Source of the DNA: Spirogloea muscicola
Lineage: Eukaryota
DNA length: 64,000 bases
Direction: 5' to 3'
Assembly (NCBI GenBank): GCA_009602725.1
Contig: WELB01000012.1
Location: 342,250-406,249 of the forward strand
Numbering within the stretch: the first letter of the stretch is position 1; each line of letters begins with the position of its first letter. The position numbers and the translations under genes are program-made. Below the pieces are notes generated by a model that saw only the letters and a list, made by a program, of their open reading frames with translations, did no database searches and was not told the origin of the DNA. Of the stretch, positions 17,166 through 31,622 are shown piece by piece.

Positions 17166-17745
17166 TACTGAGTGGTCCATCCTCCCCCGTTCTGCAATAG
17201 CCTCTTCAGGCCCCTTAGTAGCTGCTCAGCTCGTAGTCTGGCCCCTCGAACCTTTTCAATTCTTTTCGGGCTGGCTTCTTACAGCCCTTGCCCCCACTGG
17301 GAGAGCCACTTCTTCCCGCTGGGCACGACGTCCAAACCCCGAGCATCGGGGTTTGGGGATCCTGTGCTTGGCAGCTTGAGAGTTTGGGAACAGAAGAAAC
17401 TAGCTCTTCTCAGGAAGAAGAAGGGAGAAAGAGAGAAGGGCTCGCCCATTGACGATAGGGGCTGGGAAAAGACAGCCCAAAAAAGAATGAACAAAGTACG
17501 AGAAAGGGGCCAGGGGAAGCGCTGAAACACAACACGGTATCAGGTAGCTACGAAGCACTCAGTAGCCGCCACTAAGCAGCCGCAGGTCGGAGAAACAGTC
17601 TAGTCTACGGGTAGCGGGTCCCCTGGCTAGGACCAGAAGAAGTGGCTCTCCCAATGGGGGCAAGGGCTGTGAGAAGCCAGCCCGAAAAGAATTGACAAGG
17701 TTCAAAAGGGCCAAACTACGAGCTAAGCAGCGACCAGGGGACCAG
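17166..17745. repeat. Cluster 1 of the dispersed GGGCTG..CAGCCC-GAAAAGAA repeat family (one reverse and two forward cores; outer copies form ~110-bp inverted repeats)
   Basis: Cores at ~17256-17302 (-), 17438-17494 (+) and 17636-17700 (+). 17166-17318 is an imperfect reverse complement of 26461-26632. Confidence 0.85.
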
Positions 17746-18470
17746 AGGCTGCAACCAACCAACTTTCCCCAAAAGCACGTCATTTGTGAAGAAAGCTGGG
17801 GAGCGGCTCCCACTGACGAGCAGCTGCAGTAAGGAGCAAGTCGGACCACAGAGGACGACTTGGGCAAAAGCTGCCGATCATCATTGACGCCCACTCAGTC
17901 CCCTCCCATTACATACGCAGTGGCCCCTAGTCAGCAACCGGCAAGCTAGTTTCGCTAAGAGTGGCGTAGTAAAGCTCTGCTTTTGGCCCTTGTGGTGGCC
18001 TGCTCCTGCAGTGTGGGCGTCTTTCTGGCAATCGGCACTATGTTGGCCAAATTGTTGCCACAACAGGTTCATAAGCTACCACTGCCCCTCTAAGGGGGCC
18101 TTTCTGGTGCGGTATGCCACCCCCTTGCCCCAACTTTTGCCACACTGTATTTCCACCAGCAGTCTTCGTGCAGCTTTCGCCCACTCAGAAAGCACCTCCT
18201 CACATGAAGCTCCCTTGTCGAAGCACAAGCGCTCAAAGAAGCGAGCCGGGTAAGGATGCAAGGATGGGCGGAGCAACATTCACATCTTGCATTGAGGGGC
18301 TCCATCAGTGGGCGCATTGCAGCAGCTCATCTGACTTGGTTTGCCAACACACATGCAGCGCTGACCAATCACTCTACCTGGTCACCTTACACAGGCTACA
18401 GTAAGGTGCAGGACATAAGCATCCCCGAAAGGCTTCGAGACTGGCTTTGTCAATATCCTAAACTTCCAAC

Positions 18471-20822
18471 TCAGGCAACGGCAATGACTTTACTCTTAGG
18501 CTTCACTTCTGGCTCGTTCAAGGTGCGCAGAAAGATTGCATCAGGCTCGTGCCTGGTCAAGGAAGACGGGTTGTCAGTCCAGTAAGACAATCACAACAGA
18601 TAGATTTGGATATCTCATAGCAACAATATATCAGCGTGACAGTTTGATACTGGGCTACACACGTGCATCAGGACCCATTTGTGCTCACTAAGGGTGTTCA
18701 AGGATGACAATATGATAATGCAATGCAATGACCAGTGTGCAGCTACTTACTGGACATCGCCAAGCTCATACGTGTAGCTGGACGCAATGGCAAGCTGCCG
18801 GCCATCTCTGCTGAAGGACAGCGCTGCAATAGATGTAGGGTACTTGGAGTACTGCAACAATTTCGAAGGAAATGACGCGTCACTCCTGTAGCGCACGCTG
18901 AAGAGTCGCTTCATTGAATTGATAATCTTGCTGAGTATGCAGCTCCTCAAAGGACCAGGAACAGAAGTGACCAGCATTGACTACTGCATTACCTGATACA
19001 ACCGTTTCTTGTTATCACCATCCCACACATTAACAAAGCCGTCACAGCCGCCCGTTGCAAATGTTCCAAATCTGGTCAAAGTGACTGGGGCATGGTCAGC
19101 AATGAGGCCGTGCACCTCTCTGCACTTCATGCAAGTCTAATCATCGAACAATAACTCTTGAGAGCAGTTTGTTTATGTTTAGGTTTCCAAATTTAGGGGT
19201 TAGATCTACCATACACCATGATGGATCCTCCTACTTACATAGGATGGAAAGCCATGGTGTTGACAGGGTACACGGTATCTCTCCCTGCTTCTGACTTGCG
19301 ATGACATTTGAATGCATACCTGGCACACACATGTCAGGCTCCCTGCTCAAGTCCTCTGCCAGCTCAAATGTAAAACAGCGTCGCAATGCTTTGCACAGTG
19401 ATGATGCATATTGCTGCCAGCTTTTTAATTGCAGGTCATGCTGTGCAGTGAAGCTACTTTTTGGCTTGTCCAGATTCGCTGAGATCAAAGACCTCCATGG
19501 CTACCCGCCCTTCCACTGAGCTGATGGCATAGCCTGCATAGATGACAAGCATAAGTCAATAGCATGTCAGTAAGAGCTCTATCAGCTGTACACCTGTTGA
19601 GGCTGTCATGGCTTTGGTTGATACTCAGTTGTACCTCAGCAAGCACGTTGTCATTTTACAGACCCACCTTGACCATTGGGGTAGCATCTAACACACCGAG
19701 TTTGGTACTTTAGGGACGACTGCCGCTGCTGCTCTGGTTCTGTCATATTGCGGAGATCGTACACATTGACGTGTCTCGCCGCTGTCGCCACTACCAGACG
19801 TTGTCCAACTGTTGACATTGAGTACACCCTCTCTGGCTGCTTGAAGACAGCCAAGGCCTTTCCTTGCGGCGCAGGAGTGCGTGGATCCCAGCAGCGTATT
19901 GACATGTCCCAGCTCCCACTGATGAGTTGTCCTTTTGAGGAAATCGTCAAGAGAAACATCAGGCGGTGAGGCATCTGCCAGTCACTTGACGCACAGCCAG
20001 CGCAGCTCAGCAATTTGCCGCATCATAGTTCCAAAACTTTGACGAGCAGGCACCTCAAGATTAAGGGGCCAAACGTTACCAGTCTCATCAGAGTACTCCA
20101 AGCAGCGAACAGTCCCGTCGTGGCTACCTATAAAGTCTGCATCTCCAGTAGTGAGATCAAACCTGCAAGCGCCACACTTTGCTGAGGACTTGCCACAGCT
20201 ACAACATATCTGCTGTAATCTATCGCCATGCCTAGACACGTTTATCATGGCGTGCAAATCCCCATCTCATATAGTGCTCCACAGAACTCTCCCCAAGAGG
20301 CACAGATTTCAACAGCAGTTGCCCGAGGATGAGGGCAATGCAACAAGGTGACCTTGTGATGGTGCGATCAACTCCGGCACTGAAAGCAGAGGCATCATCT
20401 CGGAAGCAGCAATCCAGCACCGGTCCCTTGCTTGGCAGCGTTCGCTTGAGCTCAAGCGTGGCTGTGTCATAGAGCCTCGTACTCTGAGAAGCAGGACCCA
20501 CATGAGCGGACTGGGCCTGAGACAGAGCTTCTCAAGGGCGCATGGCATAAGACTTTGCTAAAGCGTCGTTGGCACGGCGTTGGCCAATCACATTCTCTGC
20601 AGCCGAAGTCAAAAGGGAGGCTTTCCTAATGACAAGGGACGTATGCACCACTCACGGGTCACGTTTGCAGCTCAGGCAAGGCGCTCGCGGGTTACGATGG
20701 CGCACCGAGTCCCACGAGGAGACGAGAAGGAGGCTGTCGGAGGTGGCCGAGAAGCGCAGGTTGGAGACGCCGTCGGCTGGCGGGCTGGGCAGCTCCCGGC
20801 CGCCGCTCGGAGCGCCTTGCAT
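18471..20822 (-). CDS. BUB3: Mitotic checkpoint WD40 protein BUB3
   Basis: [25 protein letters not shown]...[100 protein letters not shown] and final exon [19 protein letters not shown]...*. Confidence 0.95.
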
Positions 20823-21492
20823 CTGGAGTGATTGGCAGGGCCACTCCCACAGGGGGCTGCGTCACGGCTCTCGCCGGCCTCGCCAGCAGGGCCGAGCACC
20901 GGAGCTCAGACGCAGAGACGTTTCCTCGTCTGCGCCGCGGCTCAGGACGAGAGGCCAGCGCCCTGCACAGCGGCTGCGCCGGCTCCTGCCGCTGCGGCCC
21001 TGCTCCTTGCTGCCGGCGTCCGCGGCTGCCACCCGGGGGACGGGCCGCCGGCAGAGCCAGCCCGGGCGGGGCTCCCTGGCTCGGGGCCTAGGCAGGCCCG
21101 CCGTCACCACCACGACGACGGCGGCGGCGGCGGCGGCAGACGCAGGTGTGCGCAATGGAAATGCAATCTATAATCCTTAATTCTCACACTGGATGCACTT
21201 GGCTGGCCTTCGCAGCCGCCCCTCGGTATCAGCAGCCGCTTCCGGTGTACTCCGGTCTGCCATTCCCATGTGGCTAGAGGTGATTGAGCGTCCGTTCGCA
21301 GCTGGTCACGAAGAGTGGCGTCGTGGCTTTTGCGCCGTCTGGTGTAGCCTTGATTCGTAACAGCGGTCTTTGGCCCACGGCCCGCATCTGCGAGCTGACC
21401 GTGGTACCACTGGTGACGCCGAGGCTTTGTTTTGAGACGGCAGTGCCGCCGCGGTCCGGCCCGCGGCGGCGGCGCAGCTCCGGGCCCCAGGC

Positions 21493-22929
21493 ATGGCTGC
21501 CGGCGGCGACGTGGGCGCGCCGGCTCCGGCTCGGCCGCCCGGCATCCACATCGAGGCGAGCCTGCCCTCGCCGCCTTCCCCATAGCTGCTGCCGCAGCGA
21601 CTGCCGCCGCAGCGACCGCCACTGCGGCCGCCACAGCCNGCCGCCGCCGCTGATGCCGGCGCCGCCGCCGCCGTTCCTGCTGCCGGGCCTGGCGGGCCTG
21701 CCTGCGCTGCATCAGCAGGCGCGGCCGGACGCCCGCGCGGCACAGCTCGAGCGCGATCTGGCGCCCATACGAGAAGCTGTGCAGCAGAGCGTGAGCCCTA
21801 CCCCCGCCTTTTCTCTTGTCCCGCAGGGCTGCGGCTGCACTTGGCCTCGACTGTGAGTTCCCATTCACGACGTGTGCGGAAGCCCACAAGGCCGGCCGCC
21901 TTTGGGGGCCTTGCGGTCGGGGCATCGACGACTATTCTCTGAGCTTGACGGCCCGCCCTGCGACAATGGGTTGGCCATACAGTGGGCTGCCTCTCAGCAG
22001 CAAAATCCTGTGCAGCTGCAGTGTATGCTCTTGGAGATGACCTGGCTCTGCCAAGAAGAGGCAGCGAGACGTTCTCGTCGGGGTGTTGCCAGCCCCTCGC
22101 TTGGATATGAGCAGTCCATTGACACTCAGCATCGCACCATTTTGCAAATTCATATAGAGCTGCCACGACTTTGCTTGTAGCAGGAGAAAGTAGCTCAGGC
22201 ACTAGAGGACCGTGGAGAGGAGGAGAGGCAAGCTGTCAAGAAGCTGGCTGCGGAGCTGCTTGAGCGGCAATACAGGTTGGAGGGCCCGCCCTTGCCAATG
22301 GCAGCCTGGTGCCTCGTTATGGCCTCCTCATCTGGCTACATGCAAAGCCCCACGGTGTTGAGGGCCCTGCCTGTGGAGTGTTCGCCCTTCCACCTGCCAT
22401 CAAACGCGAGAAAAGTTCATGGTCTTCTGCTGACGCAATGTACTGATAAAATCTGGTTGGTGGCCTCGTGTGCAGACCTCCAAGCCGGCCCGCTCCTTGC
22501 GTGGACGAGCGGGAGGAGTGCCTGCGATGTTACCGCAGCAATGCTGAGGTACTCCAGAGAGATCTGCAAGCTTGAGCTGCAGCAGTTATACACGCATGGT
22601 GCCATGAACTCTGCAACAGGGCTGCTTTAATTCTCAACCGAAGCGCCACATGCCATCAGGATACTCTCAAGTGTAGGTCGCAAGTGGAGGCCTTCGTATC
22701 GTGTGCCAGGAGCGCACAGCAGGTTGGTATTGCCTACTTCTGCCTGGCACTTTCAGCCATTGAAACTCACTTGTTACATGGCACCTGACCTCTCACGATC
22801 TACTTTCAGTTTACACGCCTTGGCTGTCTGTGATTGACAATCGAAAGAGTTCCTATGATTACTCAGCTTACCACCATGGCTGTTGCTCTGTGGGGATTGC
22901 AGGAGTTCATTGAGGCTTCAACACCTTAA
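21493..22929 (+). CDS. Small coiled-coil + twin CX9C (CHCH) protein, Mic19/CHCHD3-like
   Basis: Exons ~21653-21790, 22181-22275, 22476-22548, 22660-22722 and 22903-22929 join in frame to ...RPPSRPAPCVDEREECLRCYRSNAEDTLKCRSQVEAFVSCARSAQQEFIEASTP*, i.e. CX9C-X10-CX9C. The start is uncertain (ATG at 21493 or 21653; ambiguous base at 21639). Confidence 0.72.
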
Positions 22930-23667
22930 AGGCTGCTTGGGATGTTGGTCTTAATTGTGATTTGTCCCATTATGGGGGTATTCTAGCCTCCACTTCCTGT
23001 GGCATCGAGAAAACTTTGCTGCAAGTCGGCAGTCTGCAGAGGCTACAGCCAAGGTTACCTGTTTGCCTAGACAGACTTCTGCAAAAGTGTCAATCGGAAA
23101 TGTCCACTTGAGCAAGTTGGGCGGATTTGACACCTCCTGAAGTTGCTTACAGTACTATACTCCCTTGCTCTCATACTGGCCTTCGCAGTGGCAGGGCGAC
23201 CAATCCAAAAGTGATTGGCTTGCAGACTGTAAGCGAGCAAACCTTTCTGGCAAGAGCTGATGCGCATGGCGGGTGCAAGTACTATGAGTGAAAACAAGTG
23301 CTGCAGAGCCCATGCTTTCTTATGTTGGCAGAAGCTAACAATCTTCAGAGGCACATGCAGACTTTCTAGAGAAAATGCAAATGCTAAGTAGCAGATGTGA
23401 TTGATTCGTCCTGAGAGAGACACCAGTTGACAATGCTCAAGTTGATATCAAGAGCATAAGGTGGTTACTAGTTTCTGCGCTGTGCACTACCTCAGCTTGA
23501 AATTGCAGTTGTGTAGCTGCAGCAGGGGCCGAGCGTGGTGATCTAGCCAGCTAATATCCGGAATCCATGGCTGTAATATGCACTAAGCTTGGTCGAGTCC
23601 TGAATCAATTTGAGCAGGCGTCACAATGTGACCGTGACCTTCTCATGGAGGGTGGGACACTGCCAAT

Positions 23668-26147
<2,480 letters not shown>

Positions 26148-26267
26148 GGCGGCCGCCGCCGGGAGCGCCGGCGGCTCGGGGNAGGACGGGCCCGGCGTCG
26201 GCGGGCGGCGGCGCGGCGCCGGAAGAAGAGAGTGAGTACGGCTGCAAATACTAGCGGTTGTGCAAGT

Positions 26268-27082
26268 CAGCCAGGTGCATACATACATAGGGCGTTTATG
26301 ATGACTATATTAGCGGAGCCAAACGGGGAGTCCGCGCGGCTGGGCGCCCGTGGCCAGTGATGTCCTTGGGGGTCCGGATTGGGTGAGAACCCCGGCGGGG
26401 GTACCCCGGCAGTCCGCCATCTACCGGGGTGCCCCCGCCGTCTCGGCCGCACACCGCCCACGGAAGGGAAGTGGCACTCCCAATGGGGGCAAGGGCTGTG
26501 AAAAGCCAGCCCGAAAAGAATTGACAAAGGTTTGAAGGGGCCAAATGACGGAGGGGCCTAAAAAGCGCTAAGCAGCCACGAAGGGGCCTGAAGATGCTTA
26601 TGTCAGAAAGGGGGAGGATGGACCACTCAGTAGCTCGTCCCCGCGGAAGAAAGTGCTCGCCCATAGAGAAGAGGGGCTGGCAAAGCCAGCCCAAAAAAGA
26701 ACGGACAATGTCTGAAGCCAAGAGAGAGAAAGGCGCGCGGGGCGCATGAAATGAAAAGGGAGGCCAATTCAAGCTAATACACAGTTCAAGCAGAGGCGAG
26801 TGCAAACTAAACAAGGCTACATAATATAGAGACCTAAACTAAGGTGTCTAAGGTGACATTAGTACCCACGGGAGAGCACAAACAAATCGGACAAGCTAAC
26901 TTGGGGAGCTGGAGCGCCGCCACGAAAGCCGAAAGAAAGAGGAGCCGGAAAAAGGAATACACTACAAAACACTGCAAAGCATATAGACGATGCAGAAGGA
27001 AGGGGACGCGCATCCAGATGAGAGAGGGGCTCGCCCTTAGAGAAGAGGGGGTGGGCAACGACAGCCCGAAAAGAATGGACAA
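26268..27082. repeat. Cluster 2 of the dispersed repeat family, in the TPI/RHIP1 divergent promoter
   Basis: Shared motif 26268-26321, 17-bp hairpin 26393-26440, forward cores ~26470-26528, 26654-26708 and 27026-27082. Confidence 0.85.
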
Positions 27083-27495
27083 AATCCAAAAGCCAAGAGA
27101 AGGTGCCAAGAAGAATATCTACACAATTAGACACAAGGCGATGCAGAGGGGAAGCCATGGACGAGACAGATGGGGCTGACTGCTGGTCAAGTGGAGGCGG
27201 CTGTGGAAGCCGACGAAGTGAGACGACGCGCGGTGCGCATGAATTGGAAGCGTTGCCAAAGCAAGCCAATAGTGCTCCATTCGTGGAAAAGCCGACGGCC
27301 GCCGCCACTTTCCCCGTCGTCCCCACCACCATCACCACCATCACTCCGGGGCGCAGCGGCGAGAGGGGCGGCTCACATGGTGAACGCGACGGCACTGCCG
27401 TTCTGACACGCCCCAGTCCAACGACCAGGCGCGCTGCCGGTGGAGCTCCCTGCCCAGCCGCTGTCCTGGCCGCGGCCGCCGCCGCCGCCGCCGCC

Positions 27496-29705
27496 ATGGG
27501 CGCGCTGGGCCGCGACGCCGAGAGCGTGCGGCAGTGGCTCGAGGATCGCGTCGCCGGCAGCGAGCCGCTGCAGCAGCTGCGCGACAGCGTCGCCACCACG
27601 GCGGACGAGGCCTTTGGCCACGCCCGCACCGGGATCGCGCACATGGAGGCCGCCACGAGCCAGCACCTTGACGAGGCCAAGGTGCGCTGCCCCGACCGTC
27701 CGAACCACCACCTCGCGGCACCTCTCACTTGTGTTCCCCGGTGGTAAGCCTGGCCTGCTCTCCTGCTGGTCCACAATGCTGCCGAAGTCCGGTGACCGGT
27801 CACACGCTTGTCCATTGCCCGACAGCTTGCCTGCTCATCCCCTCGCCGTAGCCAGTCGAAGCGGGCGGTACAAACGAACCATATGTAGCAGACGTGATGG
27901 CAGACACCGCCCCTTTCCATGTCAGCCCTCACTGAAGGAAGGTGTTTGCATGCTACCTGTGAAGCACAGAGCTATGCGGCGCAAGCAGCTGACCTCTATG
28001 GCCACTATGAGGAAGTCTTCTTCAAGCATCTGAAATGTACGTGTGAAGCTAGCATGGGCCTCGCAAATTTGACGTGAGGTGCAAGGCGTGGAATTTCCTT
28101 GTGTAGGAAGTGTCAGGCTTGCCGTAGGCAATTACTGCATCGATTTGTCAACAGAATGGTGGCTAGCTGGTGATACGAGCTCCTTGGATGAATACTGAGC
28201 GGCACTTTTCTTTTTAGAAGCAGGAGACTTCTTGCAATAGAAGAGCAAGTGATCGCTCAAGGATTACCATCGTCTTCTGAAAGTGATAATTGTTCGTGGG
28301 TCCTGGTCCTCGCCTGAGGTTGCCTGCACTAATTAATACCTACGCAACCACTGTGTCTGTGCAGCCGCTGCAAGCTATGCAGCAGAGCATCCAGGTGCAT
28401 CGACAGCAACTGCAGTTGCGAGTGTGGTCTTGCTACTACGAGGTGCCTCCCCAACCCTTGGGAGAAGCAGAGATTTCTCTGAAGTGGTCATAGCAAGGTG
28501 GTTGCAATTACGTTAGTAAAACCCTGAAGTTGGTCAGACGCGAGGGCAGCCTTCCAAGCCAAGAGTCCCAATTCTTACTGCTCAGACAACTCTTTAGGCA
28601 CCTCTACAGGACCAAGACGACGCCTGTACCGCAACACTTTTGGCCGGCTGCGGAGTGAGGAAGTAAGTTGTAGGCCTGCCTGTACTGCATGCTGCACAGA
28701 TAGCTGACAGATTTGCCAAGTCGACTACAAACAGGATGCTATCAGACGAGGACAGGGGTCAAGCTGACACATGATCTTGCTGTGTATTGTGTGGGTATTC
28801 TCCAATTGCAGGCAGAGCTCGCCTCTGCAGAAAAGCGAGTCAAGGACATCTCATCTCGTATTCAGGGCCTAGGCAACGAGAATAAGAAACTTCAGGTCTG
28901 CTGCATAATCATACCTTCCTTGCAGCTTCTCAGGTCTACTAGTGCTTCTCTTAATAACATAGTCGCAGAATCTATTGTGCAATGAGCTCATGTGAGTGTC
29001 TTTGACTTGACATTAACGCATCAACACAGGAGAGGGCCCAGTTTGCAATTGAGGAATTCACAAGTGGACAGAGGAAAGTCAAGTACGTGGCGCAAGCATG
29101 TGCATGGCATTGGTCCCTGCTTTGGCACTTCACACCTATCTCGGCATTCTGAGCATAAATCAGCACTACAGCTTGGAAGTCCAATGTTCTTGCTAAATTC
29201 ATCTATCCACTTCACATGGCAACTGGAGCAATCGATTGCAGAGGTACGGCTGGAGAACTACAAAGATTATGGCGGTCTGCGTACAGCGCTGAGAGTAGTG
29301 CAAGAGGTATCAGATTTACTTTTCTTGCTCAGGGACAGGTTGACTTGATGTCAAGCCCGCACCAAGGATGGGCATGCACCTCAGAGAGAGATCATTGAGA
29401 ATGACTTGAAAGATGGTAAATTGACACAAGATTATGACTGCTGTGGGCATCTTGACAGGCCTCATGGACAACCTACGAGAGATACCTGCAAGAGACGGTC
29501 TGAAACTCAGAGCCGAGGTATAGGCTATCATGCTTTGGCAAATGTCAATAGTCTGCTGCGTTTTTGTGAAGACAGGTAAAGGTGCTGACTTCTACTGGCT
29601 TGCTGCCATAAACAGGTTGCACATCTTGCAGCCGAGGCGAAACAATACCGTGTCCTTATTGACAAGCGAATATCCAGCATTGCCCGGCTTGGCATTTCCG
29701 TATAG
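27496..29705 (+). CDS. RHIP1: RGS1-HXK1-interacting protein 1-like (At4g26410-like)
   Basis: Spliced exons give YEEVFFKHLK, AAEHP, LLLRGPRRRLYRNTFGRLRSEE, AEKRVKDI, LMDNLREIPARDGLKLRAEVA and RISSIARLGISV*, matching recalled RHIP1 motifs. An upstream in-frame ATG (~27157) is also possible. Confidence 0.85.
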
Positions 29706-30582
29706 GAGGCCATGCATGTGGTGATGTGGCCCTCCTTGCAAGCCATTGCACAATTGGCAACTGAGTATGCTCCCATGCATATGGCAATGGGTGTACACTT
29801 GGCACCTGTGGTTGCCGTGCTCTTTGTCAACCCTGAGCGGTCAGCTTAGTAGCACGTGACGTACATTTCTTGATGTGCTTGCCTTTGCACTTCGCCACTC
29901 AGGCCCTCCATCAATCAGTACACGCTCCCTGTTCCTGTGTGACAACGTGGCACATCGTGTAGCTCCTCCGTCTTTGCTGATATGCTCTGTTGCGCAGTAC
30001 TTGCTCATGAAGTAGGCTAGTCGAACATCTCTCAGTATGTAAGTCCTGCCTGGGAAAGCCATATTCCTGCCTGGAAAGCCGACAAGGGCCTCGCAAACCC
30101 AAACCCGCACACCTCCTCCCGATGCTTGAGATGCAAACAGCAAAAGCCCTGCAAAATAGAAAGGCATCAAGACAGCACTGAGGCAGGGTGCTTGCAGATT
30201 CAGTAAAGGGCCACTCAATATTGCCAGCTTTACATTGACCACTTCAAGCTGAAGCACCGTCTTATGGTGCTGAGCGAGCTGACACGAAATCGGCAACTCA
30301 AAATATAAGCTCACTTCAGCTCAATGCGCAGTCCTTGATCATGCATGTGAAGAGAAAAGGAAGCGTGACCTTGTTGTTTCCAAACAAACGCTGAGGTGGT
30401 CACTACTGACGAGCAAAGACTACACACATTGACCAGGAACCTACAATTACTGCATTGACAGATAATGAACATTCTTTGCTAAGTGATGACTATGCTTCGG
30501 CTGTCGGCAGGTGAAACCGAAAGGAAAAAGGTCATCTTCATGCAAATGCCAATGTCCGGCTACCTCGAGATCTTGTTGGCCA

Positions 30583-31398
30583 CTAGCTCTGTGCGTTGTG
30601 TCGTGCCCACTTGGCCTGAGCTTGTTGCACAGCCTCCTCCGCATCCGCAATCTCCCTCTCGGAATATTTTTGCTCGAGGATGCCCAGTGGGCCAGGCCTC
30701 AGGACGTCGACCACCTCATCCAACCGCCGCTCACCGGTCCTGCAGTGAGCTACTGACAATGTCAGCCCCACCTCCCTTGAATGCGTGCTCAAACAATCTA
30801 CGATTCACGATCGTGCACCTGCATGAGTGCTGCGCAACCCATGCCAGCATGACTCAGGAAGACCTGCCTCGATCGAACCGCCAGAAAAGAATGAGACAAA
30901 GACGAGGTGCAATTGAGCCGTTGACCCGTGTGCAGTAGTTACGAGATGCTAACCTTGCAGCCGACAGTCCCAGCTGCACCGCCCTCGCGATCACGCCCGG
31001 CAGCTTCGGCCAGGAGGACATGCCCACCGTCACGAGCGACCTATGGCCCACATCAACGGGCTGGGCCACTGGACCGCCGCATTGCACGGAGGCGGCAGAG
31101 ACCCAGTACAGGCGACACAGGGGTCGGATGTTGAGCTTGAGGAGTCGTTTCTTGAGGTCGGGCGAGAACACCCAGCTCCAGGGCCGAGGGTGCCTGCCTC
31201 GGCCCCGCCGTCTTGGTACTGCGGCGTAGGTCGAGTGGTGGGAACGGCGGCGGAGCCCGTTTCACGGCAGCGGACGTCGCAGTGGCCGCCTAGGTCGGCT
31301 CTGGCGTGCAGCAGAGGCTAGCTTCTACCTGCCGCAGAGGCGGAGCTGCTCAAGCCGCCCCCCCGCACCCCCGTAGCGGTTGCGAGAGCGCCGGCCAT
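30583..31398 (-). CDS. Hypothetical 134-aa protein, three exons
   Basis: Exons 31398-31329, 31218-31041 and 30739-30583 with GT-AG introns in matching phases (70+178+157 = 405 nt). GC-rich first exon like neighbouring genes. C-terminal part VVDVLRPGPLGILEQKYSEREIADAEEAVQQAQAKW looks protein-like and helical. Confidence 0.6.
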
Positions 31399-31622
31399 CC
31401 TTCCAGGCGTAGAGCCTGCAGGCGAGGGGGCAATGCCTGTAGACGGTGTATTGGGCCAGAGTGGCCAGGACGGACTGATAAAGTACTGGGTGAAAGAAGA
31501 AGCTCGCCGAAAGGACACCAACCTTTGCCGTCGGGTTGCTTGCTCGGGTGTACAGGATGCGCATAGCCATCATCTCCCTGCAGCGCTCCTGCAGTGGTCT
31601 CGTGTGGTCTAGCTGTGTGGTC

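Noticed and set aside
17690..17700. TTGACA as a bacterial -35 box in the repeat core
   Set aside because: No -10 box at the proper spacing, variable between copies, nuclear context.
18076..18317. Short minus-strand ORFs downstream of BUB3
   Set aside because: No recognisable motif or supporting exon chain; likely 3' UTR or intergenic.
26859..27932. 357-aa minus-strand ORF and similar long GC-rich ORFs (e.g. 21104-21925, 16461-16991)
   Set aside because: Stop-poor shadows over high-GC first exons, UTRs and repeats.
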